Assembly: GCF_018350175.1 (NCBI RefSeq)
Contig: NC_058373.1
Location: 109,060,001-109,124,000, forward strand
Source: Felis catus
Taxonomy: Eukaryota
Reading direction: 5' to 3'
Length of the DNA: 64,000 nucleotides
The notes under the pieces are model-generated. The model was not told the origin of the DNA. It saw nothing but the letters and a program-made list of their open reading frames with translations, and did not search any database. Of the stretch, positions 1 to 12,940 are shown in pieces. The position numbers and the translations under genes were made by a program. The first letter of the stretch is position 1; every line of letters starts with the position of its first letter.

Positions 1-588
1 GCATACTTTCTAAATTGAAATTGATGCACTAGATACAGCTTATCAAGTGGTAATAATCTGTATTTTAAAGTAAATATTCTCTAAATTCAATAACTGTCTA
101 TAAAGACCAGTATATTTTTCCCTCTCTAGTGGCACATGAAATTGGGTCTTTTTGAATGATGTAATACTAATCTGAAAGCCTGACATCAAAGCTCTCGCAG
201 TTTAATTGAAAGTTTTTCAAAGGGTTGACATATTTCTTATGCTCCCTAAGTAAACAGAGCTTATGCTGACCCTTCAAGATACTAACACTCTTTAGGATGA
301 GATAGATCCAAACATGGAAACACAAATACCACATTCTGATTTCATCCCATTTCATTGAAAATGTGCTGAATTTCATTTCAGGAACTGACATGAGGGGACA
401 AATGTGAATGACTGGCCACATCCTCCTTCCCACTCAACTCTGATCTTTTGGTTTGTTTTTATAAAGGTAATTCCTTAGCCTTTAGCCATAGCCTTCATGC
501 AATGTAATAACTGAGAGTCACCTTCACATTTGCAATAAAAAGATCTACTTCAGACTCTCAACGAGGGAAGGGAGGTAAATCGCACATG

Positions 589-767
589 AGGGTGTTAGAT
601 GAAATACAGGGCCTCCATGCAGTATTTGGGACACACTAATACTGAAAAGTCATACATCATTTATCTGAATGGGACATATTGACGTTTTAAAACATACTCA
701 TTGTTTACCTGAAATTTAAATTTAACTGCATGCCCTGTGCTTTTGTTTGCTGAATTCAGCAACGCTA
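589..767. mobile_element. MER53-like hAT MITE, rearranged
   Basis: catgcagtatttgggacacact and ttgtttacctgaaatttaaatttaactg...cagcaacgcta match the recalled MER53 centre and arm; one arm is largely missing. Confidence 0.7.
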
Positions 768-2018
768 TTGATATGTAATAGACAAAAACATTACTATCTC
801 TGTAGTGTCCATGTGTACTGCTGTGTGAAATTCACAGTTTTTAGAAATTACAATGAAATATTTGGTGTCCCTGGAACTGAGAATCTGGTGGCATCTTATT
901 TGTTGGCTGTATGTTTTAAAATTTCAATATGATGGCTAATGATTGCTTACGATTATTGTGTGCTTAGCAAGTTTAGAATGCTTAGTGATTTAAGCCCATG
1001 TAAAACATCAACAAAATAAGCCTTTTGCAGCTTCCCTGACCACCAGCTGGCCCCTCCACACAAACCGAGGACAAAGTGTCTGGACTCCTACTGTTAATCT
1101 GAGAACAGAGACTCTAAATGCCAAACTACGTTGTACAAAGAGAGTCCTGTCACAGAGCCAGGCTGCTGGTCTGCATCAGGGGACAAATGAGATAGAACAA
1201 GGTTGTGGATTTTGCCACTATGAACATATAAAAGAAACTGAGAAAGAGAAAGAATAGAGGTTTGGGATATTAGCATCTGAAGTGCTGCACGTTGCACCTT
1301 TCCCTCCATCTCCCCCCCCCCCCCCCACTCCAGGGAGATAGGAGAGGACAAGGAACTAGACGTAGGCCCTTGAGCTTTAGGGGTACTTGGAAACATTGAG
1401 ATAGGCCCTAACTTCTCTGCTGGAGTTTGCAGAGCAGCAGGACCCACACGTTCGCTCTCTGGAGCCAACCAACATGCTGGAAAAAAGCATACACCCTCTT
1501 TGTTTCTGCCCATACTTCTGTGTGCCTGGATGGGCATGGCTAGGATCCCGGTGGGCCCGGGAACTAGAGTAGGTAGACGACTGTTATCTCAGCCCCATGG
1601 AAGCCAGATGAGGTGAAGATACTCCATGAGGTGGGAGAAGTTACAGCACTCTGTAGAACACTTGCTGCCAGGACCTTTCAGACCATTAAATATGCCACAC
1701 AATAAATAGTGCCCAGTAGTTGGGTGTGGCCAGCTGACAAGGCCAACGCTCTGAGGAGTGACCACAAGCCCGCCAGATCTCACAGACAAGCCCTGGGTGC
1801 TGAAGTGGAGCCCCCTACCCTTTGCATCAGGCCCACAGGCAATCATGAGCCCAGGGAAAGTAGAAACAGGTGCAGAAGGAAGGCTGGGAAGAGAGGGTCA
1901 TGAGGAAATTTCTTACCCAAGCTACAGAATTTGAGCTGGAATCAAACTCAAAACAGTAATACTTGGATTTGATCAACTACTTAACCATAACCAGGCTTTT
2001 AAGCCAGAGGTAACTTTA

Positions 2019-2268
2019 TTTTCCTTAAGTTTATTTCTTTATTTTGAGAGGGAGAGACAGAGACCACGAGTGGGGTAGGGGCAGAAGGAGAAGGAGTGAG
2101 GATTCCAAGCAGGAATTCTCTGATAGTGCAGAGAGAATGTCAGAGGGTCTAGAGACCGCGCTGTAGTGCAGAGCCTGACACAGGGCTTGAGCTCACCAAC
2201 CGTGAGATCGTGACCTGAGCCAAGATCAAGAGTCAGACACTTAACCGACTCAGCCATCCAGGCACCAC
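2019..2268 (-). mobile_element. CanSINE with internal insertion
   Basis: Reverse tRNA-like head, GA region and T tail; perfect 18-bp TSD aagccagaggtaacttta at 2001-2018 and 2269-2286. Confidence 0.95.
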
Positions 2269-2419
2269 AAGCCAGAGGTAACTTTAAACAAAATTACTGA
2301 GTTAGACAGACAAAATTACTGAATAGATTAAATTTCTTTTATTTCTTTTGGCTTCAGAATGGAAATTATGACTTACTGAAAAAAATAATTATTAAAAGTT
2401 CGCATATAGCAAAGAAGTC

Positions 2420-2615
2420 ACTTTCACACATGTATTATCTCATTAACTACTGTCATACTACTACTTGATATAGGGCCTAGTATTCTCATGTTACAGAAAA
2501 GCAAACTAAGACATAGAGAGTGATGTGGTTTGCCTTCCAGGTCACCCAAGGAGTAAGTGGCCGGGACACTAATCCAAGAAGTCAGATTGCAAGCAGTCCT
2601 AACCATTACACTCGA
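2420..2615 (-). mobile_element. MIR
   Basis: Degenerate core ttacagaaaagcaaactaagacatagagag...ccaggtcacccaag. Confidence 0.7.
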
Positions 2616-2892
2616 CTGCAGCTCTGTAAGGTCATTTTGACACAGAGATCTGGATAGTTGAGTGGGTAAAGCAGGGGGTGGTACAGCAGTTTCACACCCA
2701 ACAGATAACCCTCACCGAGCATTTGCCATGGAGAACCATCCCTGAAGGCAATCCATTGGGCTCTGTGCTCGCTGAGTAACTGACAGCTGGGCAGGAGGGT
2801 GTTAGGGGAGGCAACATCAAAGCGCTCCTCATTCTCAAAGGCAAAGCCAGCAGGCTTGCTTCACTCTACTTCCCTTTAAAATACATGCTGTC

Positions 2893-3066
2893 GGGGTGCC
2901 TGGGGGCTCAGTCGGTTGAGTGTCCGACTTCAGCTCAGGTCATGATCTCACGTTTCATGGGTTCAAGCCCCAAGTCAGCACAGAGCCTGCTTCAGATTCT
3001 GTCTCCCTCTCTCTCTGCCCCTTCCCCATTTGCGCTCTCTCTCAAACATTAAAAAAATAAATAAAA
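2893..3066 (+). mobile_element. CanSINE with short internal deletion
   Basis: ggggtgcctgggggctcagtcgg head, CT region, A tail; TSD taaaatacatgctgtc at 2877-2892 and 3067-3082. Confidence 0.95.
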
Positions 3067-3249
3067 TAAAATACATGCTGTCATTTTGTAGCTTCTTGCT
3101 CTCTTCAAGGCAGCTCTTGGGTTTTCTTCTAACTTCTACTTATATTAAATATAGTATCTTTACCAAAAACAGGGGGTGGCAAGTCAAAGGACGTAATTTT
3201 CCCTGGATTTAAATGCCATTCTTGATCCCACTACCTGGATTCATTTGTT

Positions 3250-3625
3250 TATGAGGGCAGAGATTTTTGTCTCTTTTGTTACATGCTGTATCTCCAGACT
3301 TTATGACAGTGTCTGTCATATTGAAAGTTCTCAATAAGTACATGTTATTCGCTAATTCAATAATCTCTTCATACACTCAGTAAATGTATGTTTGTGAAGG
3401 TCTATGAATAGAAAATAATACAAATAGGAAGGTTTCCTACTTTTTAAAATTATTTTTCACTCTCTACACAATGAATAAATATTATTTGTATTATTGTAAT
3501 TGATCATTAATGTCTACTCTTATTTCCTCATTTGGAGGCAAACACTACATCATCTACCTCCTGGCATCCTCAGCACCTAGCCCACTACTGGGCACAAGTA
3601 GATAGTTAACAAATGCTGGCTGACT
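3250..3625 (+). mobile_element. Two L2 3'-end fragments
   Basis: atgagggcagagatttttgtctc...tcaataagta and cctcagcacctagccc...aacaaatgctggctgactg resemble L2 tails. Confidence 0.6.
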
Positions 3626-3738
3626 GTAATCATATTCAAATCTTTGACCCACAAATCAATCTTTAAAGAACTTGAATGAGAACCTATCTTTGATTCCGTT
3701 GTAAGGATGCAATAACATCCATTAAGAACTTATTTTCC

Positions 3739-3977
3739 AAAAAAGAGAGAGAGGGGAATAAACCATGAGAGACTCTTATAGAGAACAAATTGAGGGTTGA
3801 TGGAGGGATGTGGGTGGGAGATGGGTTAGATGGGTGATGGGTACTAAGGGGGGCACTTGTGGTGAGCACTGGGTGTTGTATGTAAGTGATGAATCACTGA
3901 ATTCTACTCTTGAAACCAATATTGCACTGCATGTTCACTAACTAAAATTTAAATAAAAATTTGAAAAAAAAAAAAAA
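3739..3977 (+). mobile_element. 5'-truncated carnivore L1 (3' UTR only)
   Basis: gagcactgggtgttgtatgtaagtgatgaatcactgaattctac, poly-A tail, TSD aagaacttattt on both sides. Confidence 0.9.
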
Positions 3978-4016
3978 AGAACTTATTTCCCAGCTGGTGA
4001 CAATGCAGTGCTTTCT

Positions 4017-4255
4017 TTCTTTCTTTTTTTTTTTTATATAATTTTTTAATGTTTATCCATTTTTAAGGGAGAGAGAGCGAGCACAGAGCATGAGTGGGGC
4101 AGGGGCAGAAAGAGAGGGAGGTACAGAATCTGAAGCAGGCTGCAGGCTCTGAGCTGTTAGCACAGAGCCGTATGCGGGGTTTGAACCCATGAGCCATGAG
4201 ATCATGACCTGAACTGAAGTCAGATGCTTTACCGACTGAGCCACCCAAGCGCCCC
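4017..4255 (-). mobile_element. CanSINE
   Basis: Full reverse SINE; imperfect TSD aatgcagtgctttct / aatgccatactttct. Confidence 0.95.
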
Positions 4256-4713
4256 AATGCCATACTTTCTTAATACAAGGTATTTGGCACTAAAATTAAA
4301 AACAGAGAAATAAAAAATGAAGAGATGATTTTGTCATGTTTACAAGATTTCAAGACTAATAATCTACTGAGGTACCATCACTGGTTGAACCATGTTGTAT
4401 GTGTAAAGTATGATAGCTTTTTGTTTTGTCTTAAGTTATGAAGGATGCATTATAGACCAAGAAAATACGAGAGCAGGAGTGCCTAATGGAAGTAACTCAC
4501 TGTTTTTCACAAACATTAAATGTAATAGACCCTCTCTATAAGTTCTTATAGTTTTAAAGATAACTTTATGACCCTAAACTCCAAATTTAAATAACAATGT
4601 ATTTTTATTACCAAGGAGAGTACATTTTATAATAAACATAGCATGGTAATTATGCTACATTACCATTACAAGCATGAGCATTTTCAAATATATTCCATTG
4701 AATCTTTCCTTTT

Positions 4714-4931
4714 TTTTTTTTTTTAACATTTGTTTATTTTTGAGAGACAGACACAGGCAGAGCACGAGTGGGGGAGGGGCAGAGAGAGAGACACACAGAA
4801 TCCAAAGCAGGCTCTAGGCTCTGAGCTGTCAGCATAGAGCCTGATGCAGGGCTCAAACTCACAGACTGTGAGATCGTGACCTGAGCCGAAGTCAGCCACT
4901 TAACTGACTTAACCGAGCCACCCAGGTGCCC
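4714..4931 (-). mobile_element. CanSINE
   Basis: Full reverse SINE; TSD gaatctttcctttt. Confidence 0.95.
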
Positions 4932-7532
4932 AGAATCTTTCCTTTTAAGAAGTGCTTTTTACCTTTAAGTTTTTAATTATGCATATGATAAAATGGCTTC
5001 CCTTTATAACTGAATGGAAAGATGGGTAAATTTTATTTAGTTAAGCCCTTTTTAAAAAGCATGTTGTCATTAAGATTTTTAAAACTTTTGCTTACTAGTC
5101 TTTGGCAATTGAAAGAATCTGCAAACAATAAGCATTTCATAATTCAGTTGATTCCTATATGGGCAGTGTGTCCTATAGAAAGTAAAATATTTCCTGCCAA
5201 ATAAATATGTAAGTTATGTAGATTAATTTTAACCAATTATTACATAAAAATGACAATGATTTTTCTCTAGGAAAAAAAAATTTTAATTCCCCCGAAGAAA
5301 TTATTTTAGAAAATGTAAAACGATCTGAGTGTTCATAGAACAACATACGGATTAATGTAGAAGAAAAAAATATACATGATTCTTAACATGGTATTAAATC
5401 AGCTTTTAAAATTTTTTATTTGTGTTTTTTTCTCAGTATTAATAACCTAGAACCCTTGCACTTGATGTACTCTGTGTCCATCTTTTTGTGCAATGGCAAA
5501 TCAAATTGCTGATGAACACCACAAAAATTAAGGACAAAAAAAAAAAAAAAAGAAAAAGAAAAATCATGAATCAGACTATGATTCCAGCCACACATTTATT
5601 GGTAGTCACAATAGCCTGTACTGTTTCTATCAGCAAAGAGGTTTATTTCATTTAAGCTTTTCTTCTCTGTGCTTCATTATGTTCTGTGGAGCCCATGCTG
5701 GAAGGTTTAATTTATTTAAATGATAAAAGCTTCTTAAACTTAACAGGGAACATGGCCAACTGAGCTTTCCATTTCAAAAGTAGGACATTTGATCATAAAA
5801 GTGATATCAAAATTGAATAATTTGAATGTGTACTGAACTTTGAAATCCAATAAAGGCAAGGAAAAAAAAGGGTTAGAATCATTTGTTTAATGACATGGAT
5901 TTCGTGTTATATAATTTGAAGGAAGATAGAGGAGTTTCCCCTCAAATGGCCCATCACTTTCCAAATCTGTGAATCTAGGGAATTGACTAGGAATTTATAG
6001 CTATATGTGATCAGGCAGAAGCTCCAGTTCATCTGACTGTTAGGGGATCTGGTTGGTTTTGTTCATTGGTTCCTTTTACTGTTTCTATAAACTCAGTTAT
6101 TAATTCTAACTCTAGTTCTTTCAATCCATTCCAAGAGTATTTATTAAAACTCTCATGGGCATACCAGAGGCTAGAAGCTCATCTTAACGAAGGCCACAGT
6201 GACAGGGCTGTGTCAGATGGTCATCCAACAAATTCAAACGTGTAAAGGAAGGGTAACAATGACACATCACACTCCATTTTGAAATATGGCTGCCTTGCTT
6301 TACTTGGGCCACTCATAAGTCTGTAAGCTCTTAAAGGACAAGGAATGTGTTAGAGATCTAGTTCAGCCTCTTATGTCCTAAATAAATTTTGAGGAATTAA
6401 TTGATAATTAAAAAAAGAGATGAGTAGAGAGGGAAAAGTAAAGAAAGGAGGGAGGGAGGGAGAAAAGGAATATCTTTTGATTTTGTTAATGTGTCAGGTG
6501 ATGCCTAATGTGGATAAGGGTGGTTAAGAAAATGCAAATGCAAAATATCCTAGAATCATTAATACTATTACCGAATTGACTAATTAAATGTTCTACGCCC
6601 CATTTTTCTTTACCATATAAAAATCATTTATCTCAATTTTCCAGGTGATCATAAATATAAAAATGTATTTTCCATAAGTAACAAAACATATATTGTAAAC
6701 CCCATTACTGATGTTAGCATAACTCTGAAATATAGATACTTAGTGTTTATGTTTCTATTACTAAAGGTTTTTTCATTTAAGAAAAATAATGAAAGAAGGA
6801 AGATAAAGTCTTCAAAACCAAGAAAATGGCTGTTTGCAGGTAAGGCTGACAAGATTAGATTCATTGTCTCAAATATTGCAGTAATCCAGGAATTGCCCTC
6901 CCTGCCTCAATTTCTAGTCCCATTTCCCCTTATTCCCTTTTTTGCTATTGTGTATCAAATAGGATAGCATCCAAGGCAAAAAAAAAAAAAAAAAATCACA
7001 GAATAAAATTAAAGCTCTTTAACAAGTCAACAAGCCTTGTTATGGCTAACTATGGCTCAGTTACACCTACCTCTCCAATCTGTTTCCTTCACTCCTCATT
7101 TGACCTCCACATACCTGCCATGCTCAATCACTTTGATATTAAGAATCATTCCCCATCAGTGATGTTGCAAATTAGTATTCTCTCTCCTCTTCACATGCTG
7201 GGGAACTCCTACTTATCCTTTAATACTCAGCTCAGCTGTGCTCTCCTCTATGAGGCAAGACCAGCTACATCATTTGTAGGGCCCAATACAACATAAAAAA
7301 TCAGAGCCTATAACATGCTTAATGGTAAAATACTGAAAGCTATCCCCCTAAGATCAGGGAAGAGATAAATATGTACCAATTTGCCACTTCTATTCAACAT
7401 TGCAGTGAAAGTTCCGGCCAGGGAAACTGTCGAGAAAATGAAATAAAAGACATCCAGAATGAAAAAGAATGAAAACTATCTCCATTTGAGGGTGACATGT
7501 CATGTATATAGAAATTCCTGAGAAATCCTCAC

Positions 7533-7533
<1 letters not shown>

Positions 7534-7573
<40 letters not shown>
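7534..7573. repeat. (CA)n microsatellite
   Basis: About 20 perfect CA units. Confidence 0.95.
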
Positions 7574-7575
<2 letters not shown>

Positions 7576-7814
7576 CTGTTATAGCTAATAAAGGAGTTCA
7601 GAAGGATGCAGGACATAAAATCAATATAAAATTAGTTGTATTTCTATATACTAGCTATGAGCCATCTGAAAATGAAACCAAGAAAATAATTCCATCGACA
7701 ACAGCATCAAAGAAAATAAAATATTTAGGAAAAAATATAACAAAAATGTATGACTCATACACAAAACTACAAAACATTATTTAAATAAATTAAGAAGACT
7801 TAAATAGAAAGACA

Positions 7815-8035
7815 GGGGCGCCTGGGTGGCGCAGTCGGTTAAGCGTCCGACTTCAGCCAGGTCACGATCTTGCGGTCCGGGAGTTCGAGCCCCGTGTCAG
7901 GCTCTGGGCTGATGGCTCGGAGCCTGGAGCCTGTTTCCGATTCTGTGTCTCCCTCTCTCTCTGCCCCTCCCCCGTTCATGCTCTGTCTCTCTCTGTCCCA
8001 AAAATAAATAAACGTTGAAAAAAAATTTAAAAAAA
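7815..8035 (+). mobile_element. Young feline CanSINE inside L1
   Basis: CpG-rich head ggggcgcctgggtggcgcagtcggttaagcgtccg; perfect TSD taaatagaaagaca at 7801-7814 and 8036-8049. Confidence 0.97.
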
Positions 8036-9921
8036 TAAATAGAAAGACATTACGTGTTTATGGATTGGAAGATATATTGTTAACAAGACAATATTCCTTA
8101 AATTTACCTATAGATTCAATTCAATTCCTATCAAAATTCTAACTGCCAATTTTTCAGAAATTGATAAGCTGTCCCTAAAATTCAGATGGAAACATAAGGG
8201 ACCCAGAATAGCCAAAACAATACCAAGATACAAGAATGTAATTGGAAGACTCATACTTCCCAGTTTTAAAACTCCCAGTTTTATAAAGCTATACCATAAT
8301 CAAGATACTGCTATAAGAACAGACATATACAACAATGGAATGGAACTAGGTTTCCAAAAGTAAACCCATGCATCTATGCTCAATTGTTTTTTTGACAAGG
8401 ATGATGAGGCAACTCAATGAGGAAAGATTAATGTTTTCAACAAATGGTGCTGGAATAATTGCACATCCACGAACAAAAAATGAATATGGACACCAGCCTC
8501 ACACCATATACAAAACTTAATTCAAAATGGATCAAAGACATAAATGTAAGAACTAAAGCTATAAAATTCTTAGAAGGAAACAAAGGCATAAATTTAGTGG
8601 CCTTGAATCAGGGAAAGGTTTCTTAGACACCTATATCTCAAGCCACCAAAAATAATTAAATTAACGAACTGGAATTCATCAAAATTCAAAACAAAAGTGT
8701 CAAAGGACACTTTCAAGAAAGCAAAATGACAACCTACAAAATGAGAAGAAGTATTTGCAAATCATATATTTGATATGGCTCTAATATCCAAAATATATAA
8801 AGAACTTTTATGACTCAAAAATTAAAAGACAAAAGAAAAAAATATTTTTAAATAATCGAGGGACTTGAATAGACATTTTCCAAAGAGGATATACAAATGG
8901 CCAATAGGTACACAAAAAGATACATCATTAGGGCAATGCAAAACCACAATACAATGTACTTCACATCCTCCAGGATGGCTATAATCGAAAAATAACATAT
9001 TAATAACAGAAAATAACAAGTGTTGTGAAGATGTAGAGAAACTGGAACCCCCATACACTGCTGGAAGGAATATAAAATGGTGCAGCCTCTGTGGCAAACA
9101 GCTTGGCAGTTCCTCAAAGAGTTAGACTAACAATATGACCCAGCAATTCCACTCTTCGGTATATATCCAAGAAAAATGAAAGCACTAGTACACGAATATT
9201 TGTAGCAATGTTATTCATGATAGCCAAAAAGTAGAAACAACCCCAAAATCCAGTAACTGGTGAGTCAACAAACAAAATGTGGTATATATGGATACATAGG
9301 AATATTACTCAGCCAGTAAAAGGAATGATATCCTGATACATGCTACAGCATGGATGAACCTTGAAAACATACTAAGCAAAAGAAGCCTGACACAAAAGGT
9401 CACATTTTTTTTTACTTCACTTATATGAAACATCTGGAATAGGCAAAATTAACCAGGGGGTATATACCCATGGCCAGGGAAGGAGTGAGAAATGGGGAAT
9501 GACTACTAATGGGTATGAGGTTTCTTTCTGGGGTGATGAGAATGTCCTGGAAGTAGACAGTGGTGATGGTTGCACAACTTTGTAAATATACTAAAAAACA
9601 CTAAATTGTACACTTTAAGATGGTGAATTGTATGGTGTGTGAATTATAGCACAATAAAAAAGGATGCAGGGCTCCCTACTCAAAACTACTAAGAATTTAG
9701 AGAGAGCGACAGCAGAACATGAAACAGAAGCCCTTCTGTTTCAGGGCCCAAGAACAGGGCCCTTCTAAGTGCAAAGTTCTGAATGACACAGGCGAACCAT
9801 CCGTGAAGCTAGCCCTGCTATGAGGCTTTCATTTACTGCCCAGGAAGAAATGGGTCCATCCTATTCTGCATCCTAACAGCACTTACTTGTTAACACTTAA
9901 TGCAGGCAGCAGCAAACAAGA

Positions 9922-10610
9922 TATTCATTCACATTACAAGTATTTGTCAAACAGCCACCTTGTTCCAGGCTGTGTTTTGGAGTTAGGTATATAGCAGTAA
10001 GCAAAGAAAAGCTCCTTAAATATTCTATAAAATGTCAGGTGGTGATGTGGGCTACAAAGAAAAATAAAGAGTAGTTGGGTCTCTTTGAGAAAGTGCTATC
10101 TGAGCAGAGGTAGTCATGAAATGAAGACGTGGGCCATGCAGATAGCCATGGGGGGAGGGGGACCCCAAGGTGAGAGAGCACTTTACACATTTGAGGAACG
10201 ATGTGAACAAAGAAGGACAAAGGAGGCAGCATTTGGTAAACCAGGAAGCCAGGGACTTTGAGTTTTAGATGTGAATGAAGTCATGGGAGAGGAGTCACAT
10301 GATCTCACTTCTATTTCAAGATGATCGCTCAGGTTGCCATGGGGAAAATAAACTGGAAAGTGGGGAGGGTAGAAGAGTATCAATTAGAAGCCTCTTTGAG
10401 TAATACAAGTGAGACATCAGCATGGGAAGTAGAAATGGAGGTAGTGAGAGCTGGTGAGATTCTGGATTTATTTTGCCAGCAAAAGTGACAGGTTTGCAGA
10501 TAAGCAGATGAACAATCTGAGAGAAAAAGAAAAAAAACTTATCTCTCTTTAGTCTAAGCCCATGCTTAAATGGTAACGCCATTTTCTGAGATGGGAAAGC
10601 CTAGAATGGA
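9922..10610 (-). mobile_element. L2
   Basis: attcattcac tail followed by reverse L2 body (gagagctggtgagattctggatttattttg...). Confidence 0.8.
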
Positions 10611-10619
10611 GTGGCCTGT

Positions 10620-11983
10620 AAACTAGAAAGGCAAGCTGCCCACCCCCCTCCCTGCCTCAGCCCAGCCACACACATACACACATGAATATGCATGCATACA
10701 AACACATATGCCAACAGACAAAGGTGGAGCAGGAACAGGCTGAGTAAATACTCCCATTAAAAGGGGACAGGAAAAATGGCTCAGAGACTCCGCAGTCACT
10801 GGTCCACAGCAATGATGAAGTCTTCCAGGCAGGCATTATAAGGCCCTGGCAGTGTGGTAAATTCCTTAATTAGCCTCTAAGCCTGCTCTATAGGATTAGC
10901 TCTGTGGGATAAGCTCTCCCACCCAGTGGTCTCTGTGGCTCCCGATTCCATCTTTTCGGAGGTTCTTCTTTGTCCACAGTCCTCCATAGTCAGACCTGAT
11001 ATGGGCCTTGGAGAGTTGGTGCTGTTTCAGGATTGAAGAGCTTCCTTGGCTCTTTCCTGCCTGTGAAAATTTGGGGGCCTGAGTTGCGGTTTGGGGCTCA
11101 TACAGTAAAAGGATATTTTAAGACCGAGCTTGTGGTTTCTTTGGTAATATATGTCTTCCCCCACCCCCAAATTTTTATGTTTGTTTATTTATTTTGAGAG
11201 AGAGCAAGCGGGGGAGGGGCAGAGAGAGAAGGAGAGAGAATCCCAAGAAGGCTCCTCACTGTCAGCACTGAGCCCAATGTGGGGCTCGGGCTCACAAACT
11301 GTGAGATCATGACCTGAGCCAAAGTCAAGAGTCAGATGCTCAATCAACTGAGCCTTGTAAGCACCCCATTCTAAAAATTTGAATAAGTTTCTGATCTGTT
11401 TACAGTTAATTGCGTGTGTCTACAGCCTCATAAAAAGTTTTTTCGTAAATATCATTTTCAAGCCTGATTCAATTCTTTGCTTTCTTGGCCCCATGTTTCT
11501 CTCCCTTTCTCTCCCCCACCCCTCCTGCCATAATCGCTGCTACATTGAAAGCATCAGGCTTGCTGGGAGGCCACATCCATTCTCTGACCTTTGCTACAAA
11601 ATTGAGTCTTAATGGACTTTTTTGTACAGTGACTTTTGAATCTTATTTCTACTTCTTCCTGTTCTCAATTCCTTTCCATATTTGCTTATAAGCCAGGTAA
11701 CCCTTGTGTGGGATCACTTCTTTCTTCCCATGCCTTACTAAAAGTAACCAGTCACAACCCCCACTCACTACTAATATCATTTTCCAACCTCTTCCAAAAA
11801 AAGGTACACTATTGAAAGGCAGTCACAAATAGCAACTTTACCAAATGCTTTGCTGCTGAAAAATATTTGTCTTCATCCTTCCAAGTCTCAAATATCCATT
11901 CCCTTACTTCTTTCCAGCCCTGCTAAGTCAATGCCACACATTTTGGAATAAGCAATGGCAGAGCCCCACTATTGGTATCGATT
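10620..11983 (-). mobile_element. ERVL-MaLR internal sequence (MLT1-int-like)
   Basis: ctcccattaaaagggg, cagtcactggtccacagcaat and terminal gccccactattggtatcgattt match recalled MaLR internal motifs. Confidence 0.7.
11171..11367 (-). mobile_element. CanSINE inside MaLR internal sequence
   Basis: Reverse SINE body; TSD unclear. Confidence 0.93.
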
Positions 11984-12359
11984 TAAGCTCATGTCCAAGT
12001 AGCATTGCAACTACCACCTATTTGTTAGCATTTGAAAATTCAGAAGAAAACTCAGAAGAATAAAATTGTTTTACTTCTAAGTTCTCAGCATAGAATTTTT
12101 AGCACACTCAAGTTCAAAAGAAAAAATTGATAAGGAAAAACCATCACTGTTATGCTTTGCTGGGAATGCAAAAATGCAGCCATCACCATTGCCTGAGTCT
12201 TGTAGATGAACCATTAGACCACCCTGTAGAATATAGTTATTCTGGTCACAGTAGTGGTTGCTTCCACATGTTTTCACTTTAGAATCTTTGCAATAAAAAT
12301 ACCAGGATCAGGAGACTTGTACTAAGTATTTTTCATGGAGTATTTGCTTATTTATTTTT

Positions 12360-12490
12360 CACAATAATCCACTTTAAAGATGAAAAAACCCTGAGACTTA
12401 GATTTAAAGATCTTCCCCAAGTCTACCTAGCTAATAAGTGACAAGGCACAGTTTCCAACCCAGGTGTAGTGGACTCAAAAAGTAGGCTAC
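12360..12490 (-). mobile_element. MIR fragment
   Basis: actttaaagatgaaaaaaccctgagactt...ccccaagtctacctagctaataagtg. Confidence 0.6.
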
Positions 12491-12719
12491 ACTGACTTAA
12501 GAATTCCTGGTCTAAATTTAAGAAAGATGCGAAGGATCCAAAAGATCAAAGGCCTGAGGAGAAAGCAATTATATGATAAAGTAGGTTGAATCACTTTAAT
12601 AATGGCGGACAACAAAAGGCATGACCCTGGGCTGGCAGTTTAACACACAGAGGGAGGTGTATACATAGGAATATGGAAGGAGAGTCTCCAGTATTTAAGT
12701 AGAAAACAACACTATTTAA

Positions 12720-12940
12720 TATTTGGCAAATGTGATACACTTTACAGTGCACTTCAGCTTATGTTAGCTAATTTCTCCCTGAAACTTTATAAATCAAGCA
12801 GGACAATTATTATTACCCCTATTTGACAGATGAGGGTCAGAGAAGTTATGTGACTTGCCTAAGCTCACTGAGCTGGTAAATGGCCAAGCTGGGACTGAAA
12901 TCTGTTTCCTAAAGCTAACTCCAGTGTTCCCTCCACTATT
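12720..12940 (-). mobile_element. MIR
   Basis: cccctatttgacagatgagggtcagagaagttatgtgacttgcctaagctcactgagctggtaaatgg. Confidence 0.8.

Larger units (their letters stand above)
7309..9660 (+). mobile_element. 5'-truncated L1MB-type LINE (degenerate ORF2 RT/C-terminal region and 3' UTR)
   Basis: Decayed NGKxLKAxPLRSG and LLFNI RT-region motifs, ttcaacaaatggtgctgg, 3' UTR ggggtgatgagaatgtcctggaagtagacagtggtgatggttgcacaac, AATAAA; many stops and frameshifts. Confidence 0.92.
7256..9817 (-). mobile_element. MER45A-like hAT element split by an L1 (parts 7256-7308 and about 9661-9817)
   Basis: Ends caagaccagctacatcatttgtagggccc and gtgaagctagccctg; perfect 8-bp TSD ctatgagg at 7248-7255 and 9818-9825. 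Confidence 0.85.
6995..9900 (+). mobile_element. L2 3' region split by MER45A (L2 parts about 6995-7255 and 9826-9900)
   Basis: ctcctacttatcctttaatactcagctcagctgtgctctcctctatgagg continues as ctttc after the insertion, as in the L2 consensus. Confidence 0.65.

Noticed and set aside
1094..1537. Longest ORF (147 aa, minus)
   Set aside because: No recognisable domain, crosses a homopolymer run, no clear exon structure
8822..9117. Two overlapping hydrophobic minus-strand ORFs
   Set aside because: Antisense readings of the decayed L1
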